DNA of 64,000 nt, taken from Gemmatimonadales bacterium (lineage in GTDB: Bacteria; Gemmatimonadota; Gemmatimonadetes; Gemmatimonadales; GWC2-71-9). The stretch lies in NCBI GenBank assembly GCA_025937755.1, contig JAICQR010000001.1:1542-65541 (forward strand), in the 5' to 3' direction. Numbering within the stretch: position 1 is the first letter of the stretch; the number at the start of each line of letters is the position of its first letter. A program made the translations under genes and the position numbers. This document shows, piece after piece, positions 50,221 to 58,897 of the stretch. The notes under the pieces are model-generated. The model did no database searches. It was not told the origin of the DNA and saw only the letters and a list, made by a program, of their open reading frames with translations.

Positions 50221-51938
50221 TCGCCCGCGCCTGTGCGTGGCTTCTGCCGGCGCTGCTGTTGCTGCCGGCCCCGGCCCTCGCGCAGCGGACCATCGAAATT
50301 CCCCGCTTCCACTCGCGTATCGTGGTGGAACAGGACGGGACCATCGACGTCACAGAGACGTTCACCGCCCGCTTCAATGGCTCGTGGAACGGCATCTATC
50401 GCACGGTGCCGGTGAAGTACCGCACCCCACAGGGCTTGAATTGGACTATCCGGATCGATCTCGTGTCGGTCACCGACGACCAGGGCAACGAGCTTCGCAC
50501 CGAGACGTCCCATCCGCGGCACTATGTCAAGTACAAGATCTGGGTGCCCGGCGCGCAGGACACCGAGCGCACCATCGTGCTCCACTACAGGGCAAAGAAT
50601 GCGCTTCGCTTCTTCGAGGACCACGACGAACTCTACTGGAACGCCACCGGCGACGAATGGGAAATGCCTCTCGGCATGGTTTCCGCCGAGGTCGTGCTCC
50701 CCGGCGACGCCAGCGGGATCCGGACGACGTCGTACAACGGGGTCGTGGGCTCCACTGCCGGCGATGCCGAGATCGCCCAGGCGGGGTCAAGCATTCGGTT
50801 TACGATGCCGAGGCCGCTGGAATATCTCGAGGGCCTGACTGTCGTGGTGGGCTGGGACAAGGGACTGATCCCGGAGCCGACGTTCCTGGACAAATCGATG
50901 GGGGTACTCGCCGCCAACTGGCCGCTGGGCGTTCCCTTCGCTGTGCTGGCGCTGATGCTCTGGATCTGGTCCCGGATTGGCCGGGATCCCCGGAAGCGTC
51001 CCATTGCAGTGCAGTATGAGCCCCCGGCGAACATGACGCCGGCCGAGGCGGGCACGCTCACCGACGAGCGGGTGGACATGCGCGACATCACCGCCACCAT
51101 CGTGGACCTCGCGGTGCGCGGGTTCCTCCGAATCGAGGAGACCGAGGAGCCGGTGCTCTTGGGGCTCTCGACCAAGCAGGAATTCACATTCCACGAGCTC
51201 CGGAAAGTCGACGGCCAGGTCGAGCTCGCGCCCCACGAGAGCAAGGTGCTGCGGGGCATCTTCAAGCACGGCAGCAGCGTCCCGCTCTCAGAGCTCAAGG
51301 ATGAGTTCTACACCGAGCTGAGCGGCATCAAGAACGGGGTGATGAACCAGCTCACCCTCAAGCAGCATTACCTGAGGCGGCCGGATCATGTGCGCGCCTG
51401 GGCGATTGCGGGCGGGCTGGTCTGCCTGCTGATCGTGATCTTCGGCGGCGGGATACTCTCCACCGTCTTGCAGCTCCAGCTCACGCCGGTGCCCTTTGTG
51501 ATTGCCGGCATCCTGAGCGCCATAATCATTGTGGTCATCGGCTGGAACATGCCGGCCCGGACCGAGAGCGGGACCCGCGCGCTGGAGCAGGTGCTCGGCT
51601 TCAGCGAGTTCCTCGAACGGGTGGACAAGGAGAAGTACGAGCACATCAAGCGCACACCGGAGATGTTCGAGCGCTTCCTTCCCTATGCCATGGCGTTCGG
51701 GGTCGAACAGCAGTGGTCAAAGGCATTCAAGGATATGTACATGGAGCCGCCGACCTGGTACGTCGGCAGCAACATGCACCTCTTCAATGCCACCAGCTTC
51801 TCACACAGCCTGTCGAGCATGTCCACTTCGGCGGCGTCGGCAATGAGCTCGGCGCCGAGAAGCTCGAGTGGCTCGGGATTCGGCGGCGGAGGCTTCTCGG
51901 GAGGAGGCGGCGGCGGGGGTGGGGGCGGAGGCTTCTAA
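50217..51938 (+). CDS. DUF2207 domain membrane protein
   Basis: GTG start overlapping the lemA stop (GTGA). Signal VIARACAWLLPALLLLPAPALA. IEIPRFHSRIVVEQDGTIDVTETF. Gly-rich tail GGGGFSGGGGGGGGGGGF. LemA-DUF2207 is a known pair. Confidence 0.8.
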   Translation: MIARACAWLLPALLLLPAPALAQRTIEIPRFHSRIVVEQDGTIDVTETFTARFNGSWNGIYRTVPVKYRTPQGLNWTIRIDLVSVTDDQGNELRTETSHPRHYVKYKIWVPGAQDTERTIVLHYRAKNALRFFEDHDELYWNATGDEWEMPLGMVSAEVVLPGDASGIRTTSYNGVVGSTAGDAEIAQAGSSIRFTMPRPLEYLEGLTVVVGWDKGLIPEPTFLDKSMGVLAANWPLGVPFAVLALMLWIWSRIGRDPRKRPIAVQYEPPANMTPAEAGTLTDERVDMRDITATIVDLAVRGFLRIEETEEPVLLGLSTKQEFTFHELRKVDGQVELAPHESKVLRGIFKHGSSVPLSELKDEFYTELSGIKNGVMNQLTLKQHYLRRPDHVRAWAIAGGLVCLLIVIFGGGILSTVLQLQLTPVPFVIAGILSAIIIVVIGWNMPARTESGTRALEQVLGFSEFLERVDKEKYEHIKRTPEMFERFLPYAMAFGVEQQWSKAFKDMYMEPPTWYVGSNMHLFNATSFSHSLSSMSTSAASAMSSAPRSSSGSGFGGGGFSGGGGGGGGGGGF

Positions 51939-52012
51939 CTAGTGGGAAGTGGGAAGTGGGAAGTGGGGTCACTTCTCACTTCCCACTTCTCACTTCTCAC
52001 TTCTCACTTCCT
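51938..52012. repeat. ACTAGT-(GGGAAGT)4 array plus inverted (ACTTCTC)6 arm
   Basis: ACTAGTGGGAAGTGGGAAGTGGGAAGTGGGG-tc-ACTTCTCACTTCCCACTTCTC... lies between convergent stops (51938 and 52011). Confidence 0.9.
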
Positions 52013-52649
52013 ACTGCTCGTTGGCTGTCGGATACGGGGCCGCCGGATACTTCCCGATCTTCTCTTCGGTGTACTCGCTGGCCCAGAAGTCGGGCGGGCC
52101 GTCGCTGTCCTGCACTTTGTTCACCACCGGCTTCACCCCCCGTTTCAGGTAAGCGGCGATGGCCCAGAGCTCGTCATCCGACATGTGCCGCCACGACGGC
52201 CACGGCATCGGTATGGCCAGGTACTTCGGGATCTCGGGAAAGTTGCCGACGCCCGGCGTGTTTCCGGTGATCTCGACGTCCGGCGTCTCGCCCGGGCGCA
52301 GCCCGAAGCGCAGCGCATTGAAGATCTGCCGCTCACTGAACCGGCCAATGCCGGTGGTGTTGTCCGGGGTGATGTTGCGGGGTCGGGTGATGAACGGCCC
52401 GACGCGGAAGTCCTGAAGCGTGTCCATCCTGCCCGCCAGCCACCCCTTGGCCTCGGGGTTGTTCTGCCCGCCATGGCAATCCCCGCACGCGTGACTGATC
52501 ACCAGCTGCCGGCCCCACAGCACCTGCGAATCCACTGCGGCCTCACGCTCGGTTACCGGCCTCCCCTCCAGCGGCCTGGACACGAGTGCGACGACCGCTC
52601 CCAGCAGACACACACCAGCTACAGCGCCAAGCCAAGTAGTCTTACCCAT
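52011..52649 (-). CDS. Membrane-anchored mono-haem c-type cytochrome
   Basis: Trimmed to Met23 (MGKTTWLGAVAGVCLLGAVVAL anchor). Haem site HACGDCHGG. Confidence 0.75.
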   Translation of the reverse strand: MGKTTWLGAVAGVCLLGAVVALVSRPLEGRPVTEREAAVDSQVLWGRQLVISHACGDCHGGQNNPEAKGWLAGRMDTLQDFRVGPFITRPRNITPDNTTGIGRFSERQIFNALRFGLRPGETPDVEITGNTPGVGNFPEIPKYLAIPMPWPSWRHMSDDELWAIAAYLKRGVKPVVNKVQDSDGPPDFWASEYTEEKIGKYPAAPYPTANEQ

Positions 52650-52680
52650 ACGCTTCGCTCCGGTTGCTTGTTGGCGAACC

Positions 52681-52725
52681 TTCCCACTTCCCACTTCCCA
52701 CTTCCCACTAGTCACTTCTCACTTC
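52681..52725. repeat. ACTAGT-(GGGAAGT)4 array (minus-strand G-rich) at the MCO / cytochrome c junction
   Basis: TTCCCAC x4 then TAGTCACTTCTCACTTC. ACTAGT contains the MCO TAG stop. Confidence 0.9.
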
Positions 52726-54105
52726 AAGTATCCCCATCATCCCATGGTCCTCATGGTCCAGGATGTGGCAATGGAACATCCATTTGCCGGGGAAATCATC
52801 GTACGTCACGATGAACCGCGCCGTCTCGTGCTTCGGCACGTTCACCGCATCCTTCCAGCTGGCAAACGGCTCTGGTACGCCATTCCTGTCGATCACCTGG
52901 AACCGGAACCCGTGAAGGTGGAAAGGATGGTCCATCCCCACGAGGTTCTCGACCTGCCAGATCTCGGTGGCGCCGACCGTGGAGCTGACGTCCACCCGAG
53001 ACATGTCCATCTGCTTGCCGTTGATGAGACCCTGGGACAGCACAACCACGCGAGTTGCCGTTGCCAGCGCGGTGTCGATCCGCTCGACCTTCCGCAGCGT
53101 TGGCGGCAGCATCGGCGGCGTCATTGGCGTGTCGGCGCTGTAGGTGAGCGTCGCGAGTCCGCGGGTCTGGTTCCAGTTGTCCGGCCGGGTCTGCGGGACG
53201 TAGCGATCATAGGGCAGCGCCTGCAGCACGGTGCTGCTTCCGGGCGCGCCGGTGCCTCGCACCAGGAACTCGACCCGTTCCGACGGCGAGACCAGCAGTT
53301 CCGCGACTTCCACCGGCCGCTCGAACAGCCCGCCATCGCTGCCAACGTGCAGCAGTGTCTGCCCCGCCAGCGCCAGCCGGTAGCTGCGGCCGGCCGAGGC
53401 GTTGATCACCCGCCAGCGCTGGACCTCGCCGCTCCGGATGGTGAGCGTTGGCATGACTTGGCCATTCACCAGCAGCAGTTCACCTTCGCGCCCGTTCTCC
53501 CGGTCGCGTCGGCCGTGCATCGAGTGCGGATCGGGGAGATCGATCTCGCCTGCCTCTGTCAGCCGATTGTCCGACAGGATCAGCACCTGCTCCGGCAAGG
53601 CAGCCAATGGATCGTCGGCCGCCCGGACGACGATGGCGCCGTAGAGGCCCCGCGCCACCTGCGGGCCGGTGCGGTGATTGGGATGCGGATGGTACCAGTA
53701 GGTGCCGGCGGTGCCGCGCGGAACAGTGAAGCGGTACTCGTAGGTCTCGCCTGGCGCGACTGGATGGAAGGGGCTTCCATCCGCATCGAACGGAACGTGA
53801 AAGCCGTGCCAGTGCACCGTGGTTTCGACCGGCAGGTCATTGCGGAAGGTGATGACGACCTCGTCGCCCTCGAAAAACTCGAGCGCGGGGCCGGGCACAG
53901 TGCCATTGTAACTGAAGACTGGAGTTGAGGTTCCGGCCCTGAGAGCAAGGCTGGACCTGGCAGCAGTGAGGGAGACTTCAACCTTGCGCGGTTCGACTGG
54001 GGCAACGTCAGGCGACAGCTGCGCCCGCGCTGCCCCCGCGACCGCGGTGCACGCCAGTACTGCCATCCATGGCGCGACCGACAGGGGGGTCACGATGCGC
54101 CTCAT
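52708..54105 (-). CDS. Canonical three-domain multicopper oxidase (CueO/laccase-like)
   Basis: Motifs in canonical order: TVHWHGFHV, YWYHPHPNHRTGPQVARGLYG, DHPFHLHGFRF, MFHCHILDHEDHGMMG. N-terminal signal. Confidence 0.85.
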   Translation of the reverse strand: MRRIVTPLSVAPWMAVLACTAVAGAARAQLSPDVAPVEPRKVEVSLTAARSSLALRAGTSTPVFSYNGTVPGPALEFFEGDEVVITFRNDLPVETTVHWHGFHVPFDADGSPFHPVAPGETYEYRFTVPRGTAGTYWYHPHPNHRTGPQVARGLYGAIVVRAADDPLAALPEQVLILSDNRLTEAGEIDLPDPHSMHGRRDRENGREGELLLVNGQVMPTLTIRSGEVQRWRVINASAGRSYRLALAGQTLLHVGSDGGLFERPVEVAELLVSPSERVEFLVRGTGAPGSSTVLQALPYDRYVPQTRPDNWNQTRGLATLTYSADTPMTPPMLPPTLRKVERIDTALATATRVVVLSQGLINGKQMDMSRVDVSSTVGATEIWQVENLVGMDHPFHLHGFRFQVIDRNGVPEPFASWKDAVNVPKHETARFIVTYDDFPGKWMFHCHILDHEDHGMMGILEVRSD

Positions 54106-54182
54106 GTGAGAGACCTTCGGCTGTTATGCGACGGCCATAAACTGTGGTGCGGTACCGCTTCGCGCCAGCCCCCGGCCCAGTG

Positions 54183-54740
54183 CTACTTCTCACTCCCCAC
54201 TTCCCACTTCCCACTTCCCACTGTTTTCACGCCCAGCCATATCGAGGCTGCGACGATCACCCACGCCACGAACCTCACGTCCCGGGCCAGGGTCAGGTCC
54301 TGGTCCAGCTTCCCCCAGGTCGCCAGCAGGAAGGTCCAGTCATGCTCGCCGCCGCCCACCAGCGGGAGCTCCTGGGCCCGGGCGTCCGCCACATAGCGGG
54401 CGATGTTCCAGAAGTTCTGCCCCACCCACCAGAGCGCCACGCTCGCGGCATGCCGGTCCTGATTTCGCCAGAACGACACCACGAACGCCAGCGGCAGAAT
54501 CAGCTGAAACAATGTGCCACCGAGCGCGGTAAGGACGTCCCCGCCCCACCCGAATACCAGGTGCCCCGTCTCGTGGATCGCCAGGTTCAGGGCATCGGGC
54601 AGGTGGAAGCGTGATGGCGTCAGTCCGCACCATACGCCGTACACCGCCAGCAGGCCGGTGAGCGCCAGACGCCACCGCCGTTCCGTGATACCGAGGTTGC
54701 TATTTTCGGTGATGCCGACTTCCGAAATCCCACTGCGCAT
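54183..54740 (-). CDS. Membrane protein with HExxH motif (M50B-like putative metalloprotease)
   Basis: AIHETGHLVFGWGG and 4-5 TM segments. The start is uncertain (54755 TTG or 54740 ATG). The last codons are translated GGGAAGT repeat (VGSGKWEVGSEK). Confidence 0.5.
   Translation of the reverse strand: MRSGISEVGITENSNLGITERRWRLALTGLLAVYGVWCGLTPSRFHLPDALNLAIHETGHLVFGWGGDVLTALGGTLFQLILPLAFVVSFWRNQDRHAASVALWWVGQNFWNIARYVADARAQELPLVGGGEHDWTFLLATWGKLDQDLTLARDVRFVAWVIVAASIWLGVKTVGSGKWEVGSEK
54185..54226. repeat. (GGGAAGT)n family array (minus-strand G-rich)
   Basis: ACTTCTC ACTCCCC ACTTCCC x3 ACTGTTT. Confidence 0.9.
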
Positions 54741-55659
54741 ACGCGATCTCCGCAAGCGCTACGATGACGTCATCGCCGTGGATGGCCTCGACCTCGAGGT
54801 CCTTCCCGGAGAATGCTTTGGACTGCTGGGACCCAACGGCGCCGGCAAGACCACCACCATCGAGATCTGCGAAGGGCTGACTGCCCCGGACAGCGGCAAC
54901 GTTGAGGTGCTCGGCCGCCACTGGGGCAGCAACGCCCAGCACCTGCGCGAGCGGCTCGGCATCCAGCTGCAGGAAACCCAGCTGGCGGAGAAGCTCTCGG
55001 TGCTCGAAACGTTGCGGCTGTTCCGCAGCTTCTATGCCCGTGGCCGCGACATCGAGGACGTGATCGCCCTGGTCCAGCTGGAAGAAAAGCGCCAGGCACG
55101 CGTGGGCGCCCTCTCTGGCGGCCAGAAGCAGCGGCTGGCCCTGGGCTGCGCCTTGGTGGGCGATCCCGAACTGGTCTTTCTGGATGAGCCCACTACCGGC
55201 CTCGATCCCCAGGCCCGGCGCCAGGTCTGGGAACTGGTGGAGCAGCTCAAGTCCACCGGCCGGACCATCCTGCTGACCACCCACTACATGGAAGAGGCCG
55301 AGCGGCTCTGTGACCGGGTGGCCATCGTCGACCATGGAAAGGTGATCGCCCTGGGCACGCCCCGGCAGTTGATCGCCGGCCTCGGCGCCGAGCAAATCGT
55401 CTTCTTCGCCATCGAGGACGAAGCTGGTGGTCGCTTCGGCGACGACGTTCGCCAGACCATCACCGAGGCGGTCGGCCGCCCGCCCCGCGCCACCGACGGC
55501 GGGTGGGAGCTGGGGGTGGACGCGCCCCATGTGGCGATTCCCGCGCTCCTCGCCGCGCTCAAGACCCACGACATGCCGCTGTCGGAACTGCGCACCCACT
55601 CGCCCACGCTGGAAGACGTCTTCGTGTCCCTCACCGGAAGGGCGCTGCGCGATGCCTGA
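54712..55659 (+). CDS. ABC transporter ATP-binding protein (ABC-2 type exporter)
   Basis: Trimmed to MPTSEIPLRIRDLRKRYDD. GLLGPNGAGKTTT, LSGGQKQRLALGCAL, VFLDEPTTGLDP. Confidence 0.9.
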   Translation: MPTSEIPLRIRDLRKRYDDVIAVDGLDLEVLPGECFGLLGPNGAGKTTTIEICEGLTAPDSGNVEVLGRHWGSNAQHLRERLGIQLQETQLAEKLSVLETLRLFRSFYARGRDIEDVIALVQLEEKRQARVGALSGGQKQRLALGCALVGDPELVFLDEPTTGLDPQARRQVWELVEQLKSTGRTILLTTHYMEEAERLCDRVAIVDHGKVIALGTPRQLIAGLGAEQIVFFAIEDEAGGRFGDDVRQTITEAVGRPPRATDGGWELGVDAPHVAIPALLAALKTHDMPLSELRTHSPTLEDVFVSLTGRALRDA

Positions 55660-56713
55660 GCCGGGGCGTAACACCACTCCTGTGCGGCCCGCGCTGGTCG
55701 AGCTGACGCTGGTGCGGGTGCGGGAGTTCATCCGCGAGCCCGAGGCCCTGTTCTGGGTCTTCGTGTTTCCGCTGCTGCTGGCCGTCGGCTTGGGGATCGC
55801 GTTCCGGAACCGGCCGCCCGAGTCGGTCCGTATCGGCGTGGTGGAGTCGGCGCCGGCCGGCATGGTGGCGGCGCTCGACTCCGCCGAGGGCCTGTCCGTG
55901 GTGAGGATGGCTGACGACAGCGCCGCAGCACAAGCGCTTCGCACGGCCGATGTCGCGCTGGTCGTGTCGCCCACCCCCGGCGGCGTGATCTATCGCTTTG
56001 ATCCATCGCGCCCCGACGCGCGCAATGCCCGGCTGCTGGCCGACCGCGCCATCCAGGTCGGCGCAGGTCGAAGTGACCCCGTGCGAGTCGAGGAGGCCAG
56101 GGTCAGCGAGCGGGGCGCGCGCTACATCGACTTCTTCATCCCGGGCCTGCTGGGTCTCAACCTCATGGGCAGTGGCGTCTGGTCCATTGCCTTTGCGATA
56201 GTTACCGCCCGCAAGCAGAAGCTGCTGAAGCGCCTGGTGGCCACGCCCATGTCGCGGGCGCAGTACCTGGGATCATTCCTGCTGTCGAGACTGGTGTTCC
56301 TGGTGCTGGAAGTGGGGGTGCTGGTGGCGTTCGGCGCGCTGGCGTTCGACGTCCCCATGCGGGGCTCGTGGGTGGCACTCGCGGTAGTCTGCCTGGTGGC
56401 AGCCCTCGCGTTCAGCGCGCTGGGCCTGCTGGTGTCGTCGCGGGCGCGGACGGTGGAGGCGGTGTCGGGGCTGGCCAACCTGGTGATGCTGCCGATGTGG
56501 ATCTTCTCGGGCGTCTTCTTCTCCGCCGCCAACTTCCCCAAGGCATTGCAGCCCTTTGTTCAGGCGCTGCCGCTCACCGCCACGGTGGACGCACTGCGCG
56601 GCATCATGCTTCGGGGAACGCCACTCACCGCGCTGGGCGGGGAACTGGCACTTCTGGCGCTGTGGCTGGTGCTGCCGTTCGTCACGGCGCTGTGGATTTT
56701 CAGGTGGCGGTGA
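55652..56713 (+). CDS. ABC-2 family transporter permease
   Basis: Trimmed to MPEPGRNTTPVRPALVELTLVRVREFIREPEALFWVFVFPLLL. Six TM segments. 8-nt overlap with the ATPase gene. Confidence 0.8.
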   Translation: MPEPGRNTTPVRPALVELTLVRVREFIREPEALFWVFVFPLLLAVGLGIAFRNRPPESVRIGVVESAPAGMVAALDSAEGLSVVRMADDSAAAQALRTADVALVVSPTPGGVIYRFDPSRPDARNARLLADRAIQVGAGRSDPVRVEEARVSERGARYIDFFIPGLLGLNLMGSGVWSIAFAIVTARKQKLLKRLVATPMSRAQYLGSFLLSRLVFLVLEVGVLVAFGALAFDVPMRGSWVALAVVCLVAALAFSALGLLVSSRARTVEAVSGLANLVMLPMWIFSGVFFSAANFPKALQPFVQALPLTATVDALRGIMLRGTPLTALGGELALLALWLVLPFVTALWIFRWR

Positions 56714-56719
56714 AGCTGT

Positions 56720-57604
56720 TCAACTCTTTGGCAGCGGCGCACGCGCCGAAATAATGGTGATGTTGTCGTTGCCGCCCCGGTCGAGCGCCAACTCGAGGAG
56801 CCGGCGGCAGAGCTGCTCCGACGAGTCCATCTCCTCGATCTCCCTGGAGAGTTCCGCTGCCTCGACGTACTTGGTCAGCCCGTCGGTGCAGAGCAGGATC
56901 ACACACCCGCGAGGAATCTCGATCCGGTTGACCACCGGCGTAGCCTCGCCACCACCCACCGCACTCGAGAGCACGTGACTGAAGGGTGAATTCGCCGCGC
57001 GCTCGGCCGGCAGGATGCCCTGGTCGACGAGCCCCTGGGCCACCGTCTGGTCCCGGGTCATCTGCACCAGGTCACCGTCCCAGTAGCGATAGCACCTGCT
57101 GTCTCCCACCTGCGTTACGTACATCCAGGGAAACACCGCCACCGCGAGGGTGAGCGTGGTGGCCATCTTGGCTTCGGGCTGGCTGGCTGACTCGGCCAGG
57201 ACCTTGGCGTGGGCTTCCATGGCGGCGGCGGTCATCGCGTCATAGAACTCCTGATCCGATGCCGAACCCGCCGAGTGGTACGACCGAAGCGAGGTAGTGA
57301 CGTACTGCATGACCGCGCCCAGCGCGAGCCGGCTCGCCTCACCTCCGCCTGACCCGCTCCCAACGCCGTCCGCCACCAGCATGTACGTCGCCAGCCGCGA
57401 GCCACGCAGCGGAAGCTGATCGACATCGGGCAGGCTGGTGCCATGCACCACCACCTGGGGATGCACGGTACACAGCATGAAGTGATCCTGGTTCTCCTTG
57501 CGCACCCGGCCGGGATGGGTGAGCCCGAAGAGATCGAGCTCGGTATCGCCCGGCCGCTGCCAGAGCAGGTCGATAGGGATCGCCGCGGAGGGGGTGGACG
57601 GCAT
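56720..57604 (-). CDS. PP2C-family Ser/Thr protein phosphatase
   Basis: GLTHPGRVRKENQDHF, LVADGVGSG, LLCTDGLT, GGNDNITIISA. Confidence 0.85.
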   Translation of the reverse strand: MPSTPSAAIPIDLLWQRPGDTELDLFGLTHPGRVRKENQDHFMLCTVHPQVVVHGTSLPDVDQLPLRGSRLATYMLVADGVGSGSGGGEASRLALGAVMQYVTTSLRSYHSAGSASDQEFYDAMTAAAMEAHAKVLAESASQPEAKMATTLTLAVAVFPWMYVTQVGDSRCYRYWDGDLVQMTRDQTVAQGLVDQGILPAERAANSPFSHVLSSAVGGGEATPVVNRIEIPRGCVILLCTDGLTKYVEAAELSREIEEMDSSEQLCRRLLELALDRGGNDNITIISARAPLPKS

Positions 57605-57701
57605 GCGGAAGCGCTCGCGTGGGAGAGGAAGACCGGGAGTGTCGCTTCGGAGAGTTTACCGGCCGGGGAGCCGGGCCGCTAGCGGGAGAGCGCGCAACCT
57701 G

Positions 57702-58100
57702 TCAGGGAAGGATCTCCAGCCGCACGCGGGTGCGACCCGCGCGAAGGAAGCCGAGCGAGTCCGCGGCCGCCTCCGAGAGGTCGATGATGACGCCATCGGC
57801 CCGGGGGCCCGCGGCGGGACCGCGGTCGACGACCTCGACATCCACGGTTTCGCCGGTCGAGAGCCGATGCACCCGAACCATGGTTCCGAACGGCAGCGCA
57901 GGATGGGCAGCCACAAGAGTATGACGATCGAAAGGAATCCCGCTTGCCGTAAGCCGGCCCTGGAACTTCACGCCATACCAGCTGGCGAGCCCTTCCTCGT
58001 CACGCGTTTCCCGGGAAGGAAACGCGTCGGTATCCGCACCTGCCGCGGCGGCGCAGCCCGACAGGAGCAATGCGGCAAGAACCAGGCGGCGCGGCATCAT
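57702..58100 (-). CDS. rlpA: RlpA-like septal ring lytic transglycosylase lipoprotein (DPBB domain)
   Basis: Lipobox LAALLLSGC. ASWYGVKFQGRLTASGIPFD..LVAAHPALPFGTMVRVHRLSTGETVDVEVVDRGP. Confidence 0.85.
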   Translation of the reverse strand: MMPRRLVLAALLLSGCAAAAGADTDAFPSRETRDEEGLASWYGVKFQGRLTASGIPFDRHTLVAAHPALPFGTMVRVHRLSTGETVDVEVVDRGPAAGPRADGVIIDLSEAAADSLGFLRAGRTRVRLEILP

Positions 58101-58109
58101 CCTGGTCCC

Positions 58110-58414
58110 TCAGCGACCTTCGGGCATCTCGAGCCTGTTCCACATGTCCAGCTGCATTCGCCATGCTCCGTCACTGCCCTTCTTCCAGACCACGACGTAC
58201 TTCCCGAAGGATGGTCCGGAAAGATCACGGCGTCCTCGGTGTACGCGGCCGCCATGGCAGCAGCATCGCCTCTCACGTAGGCCGCCGAGAACGCGCGGGC
58301 GACCTCGGCGATGGCGATGGTGTCGGCCGCGGCTACGTGCGGAGTCTGTGCTATCAACGATTGCGATGCGCACACCGACAGCGCCAGCGAAGCAAGGAGA
58401 TCGCGCGGATTCAT
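58110..58414 (-). pseudogene. DUF4440/SnoaL-like protein disrupted by internal deletion plus frameshift
   Basis: The N-terminal frame reads MNPRDLLASLALSV...FSAAYVRGDAAAMAAAYTEDAVIFPD. The family-like C-terminus GKYVVVWKKGSDGAWRMQLDMWN continues in another frame immediately after, with about 50 expected residues missing. Confidence 0.5.
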
Positions 58415-58422
58415 GATGATCC

Positions 58423-58821
58423 TCAGCTCGTAGGCGTCATGGTGGCCAGCTTCCCCACCCGCTGCCGCACGGCGTTCAGGTCCTGGAGCGGCCGGATCTC
58501 GATGCAGCCGATGCTGGCCCACGGCAGTTCACCGGCAATACGGACCGCGTCGTCCATGTCATCGGCCTCAATCAGATTGAACCCGCCCAGCACTTCCTTG
58601 GTTTCCGAGAATGGACCGTCCATGGCATGGCTGCGACCTTTGCGGGTCCGGAGCGATCTGGCCTGGGAAGCATCCATCAGCATGTGGGACTGGAGCACTT
58701 TGCCGCGGCGGGCGAGGCCGTCCACATGGTCGAAGCATTCGCGCAGCATGCCGTCGAGTTCACCCTCCGGCAACGCATTGGCAAGGTCGTCATCGATATA
58801 GATCAGCAGCATGTACTGCAT
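58423..58821 (-). CDS. YciI family protein
   Basis: Trimmed to Met79: MQYMLLIYIDD... and MDGPFSETKEVLGGFNLIEADDMDDAVRIAGELP. Confidence 0.8.
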   Translation of the reverse strand: MQYMLLIYIDDDLANALPEGELDGMLRECFDHVDGLARRGKVLQSHMLMDASQARSLRTRKGRSHAMDGPFSETKEVLGGFNLIEADDMDDAVRIAGELPWASIGCIEIRPLQDLNAVRQRVGKLATMTPTS

Positions 58822-58897
58822 ATCGGTTGCGCTCCCCAGGTTCTCGAGTTCGGATGCTCCAAGGTTCCGCCAGTTCAGGGGGACGTCAAGGCTCGGG

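Noticed and set aside
51938-52012. Short-repeat arrays as possible CRISPR arrays.
   Set aside because: The units are 7 nt with no unique spacers, and no cas genes are present. They are tandem microsatellite-like arrays.
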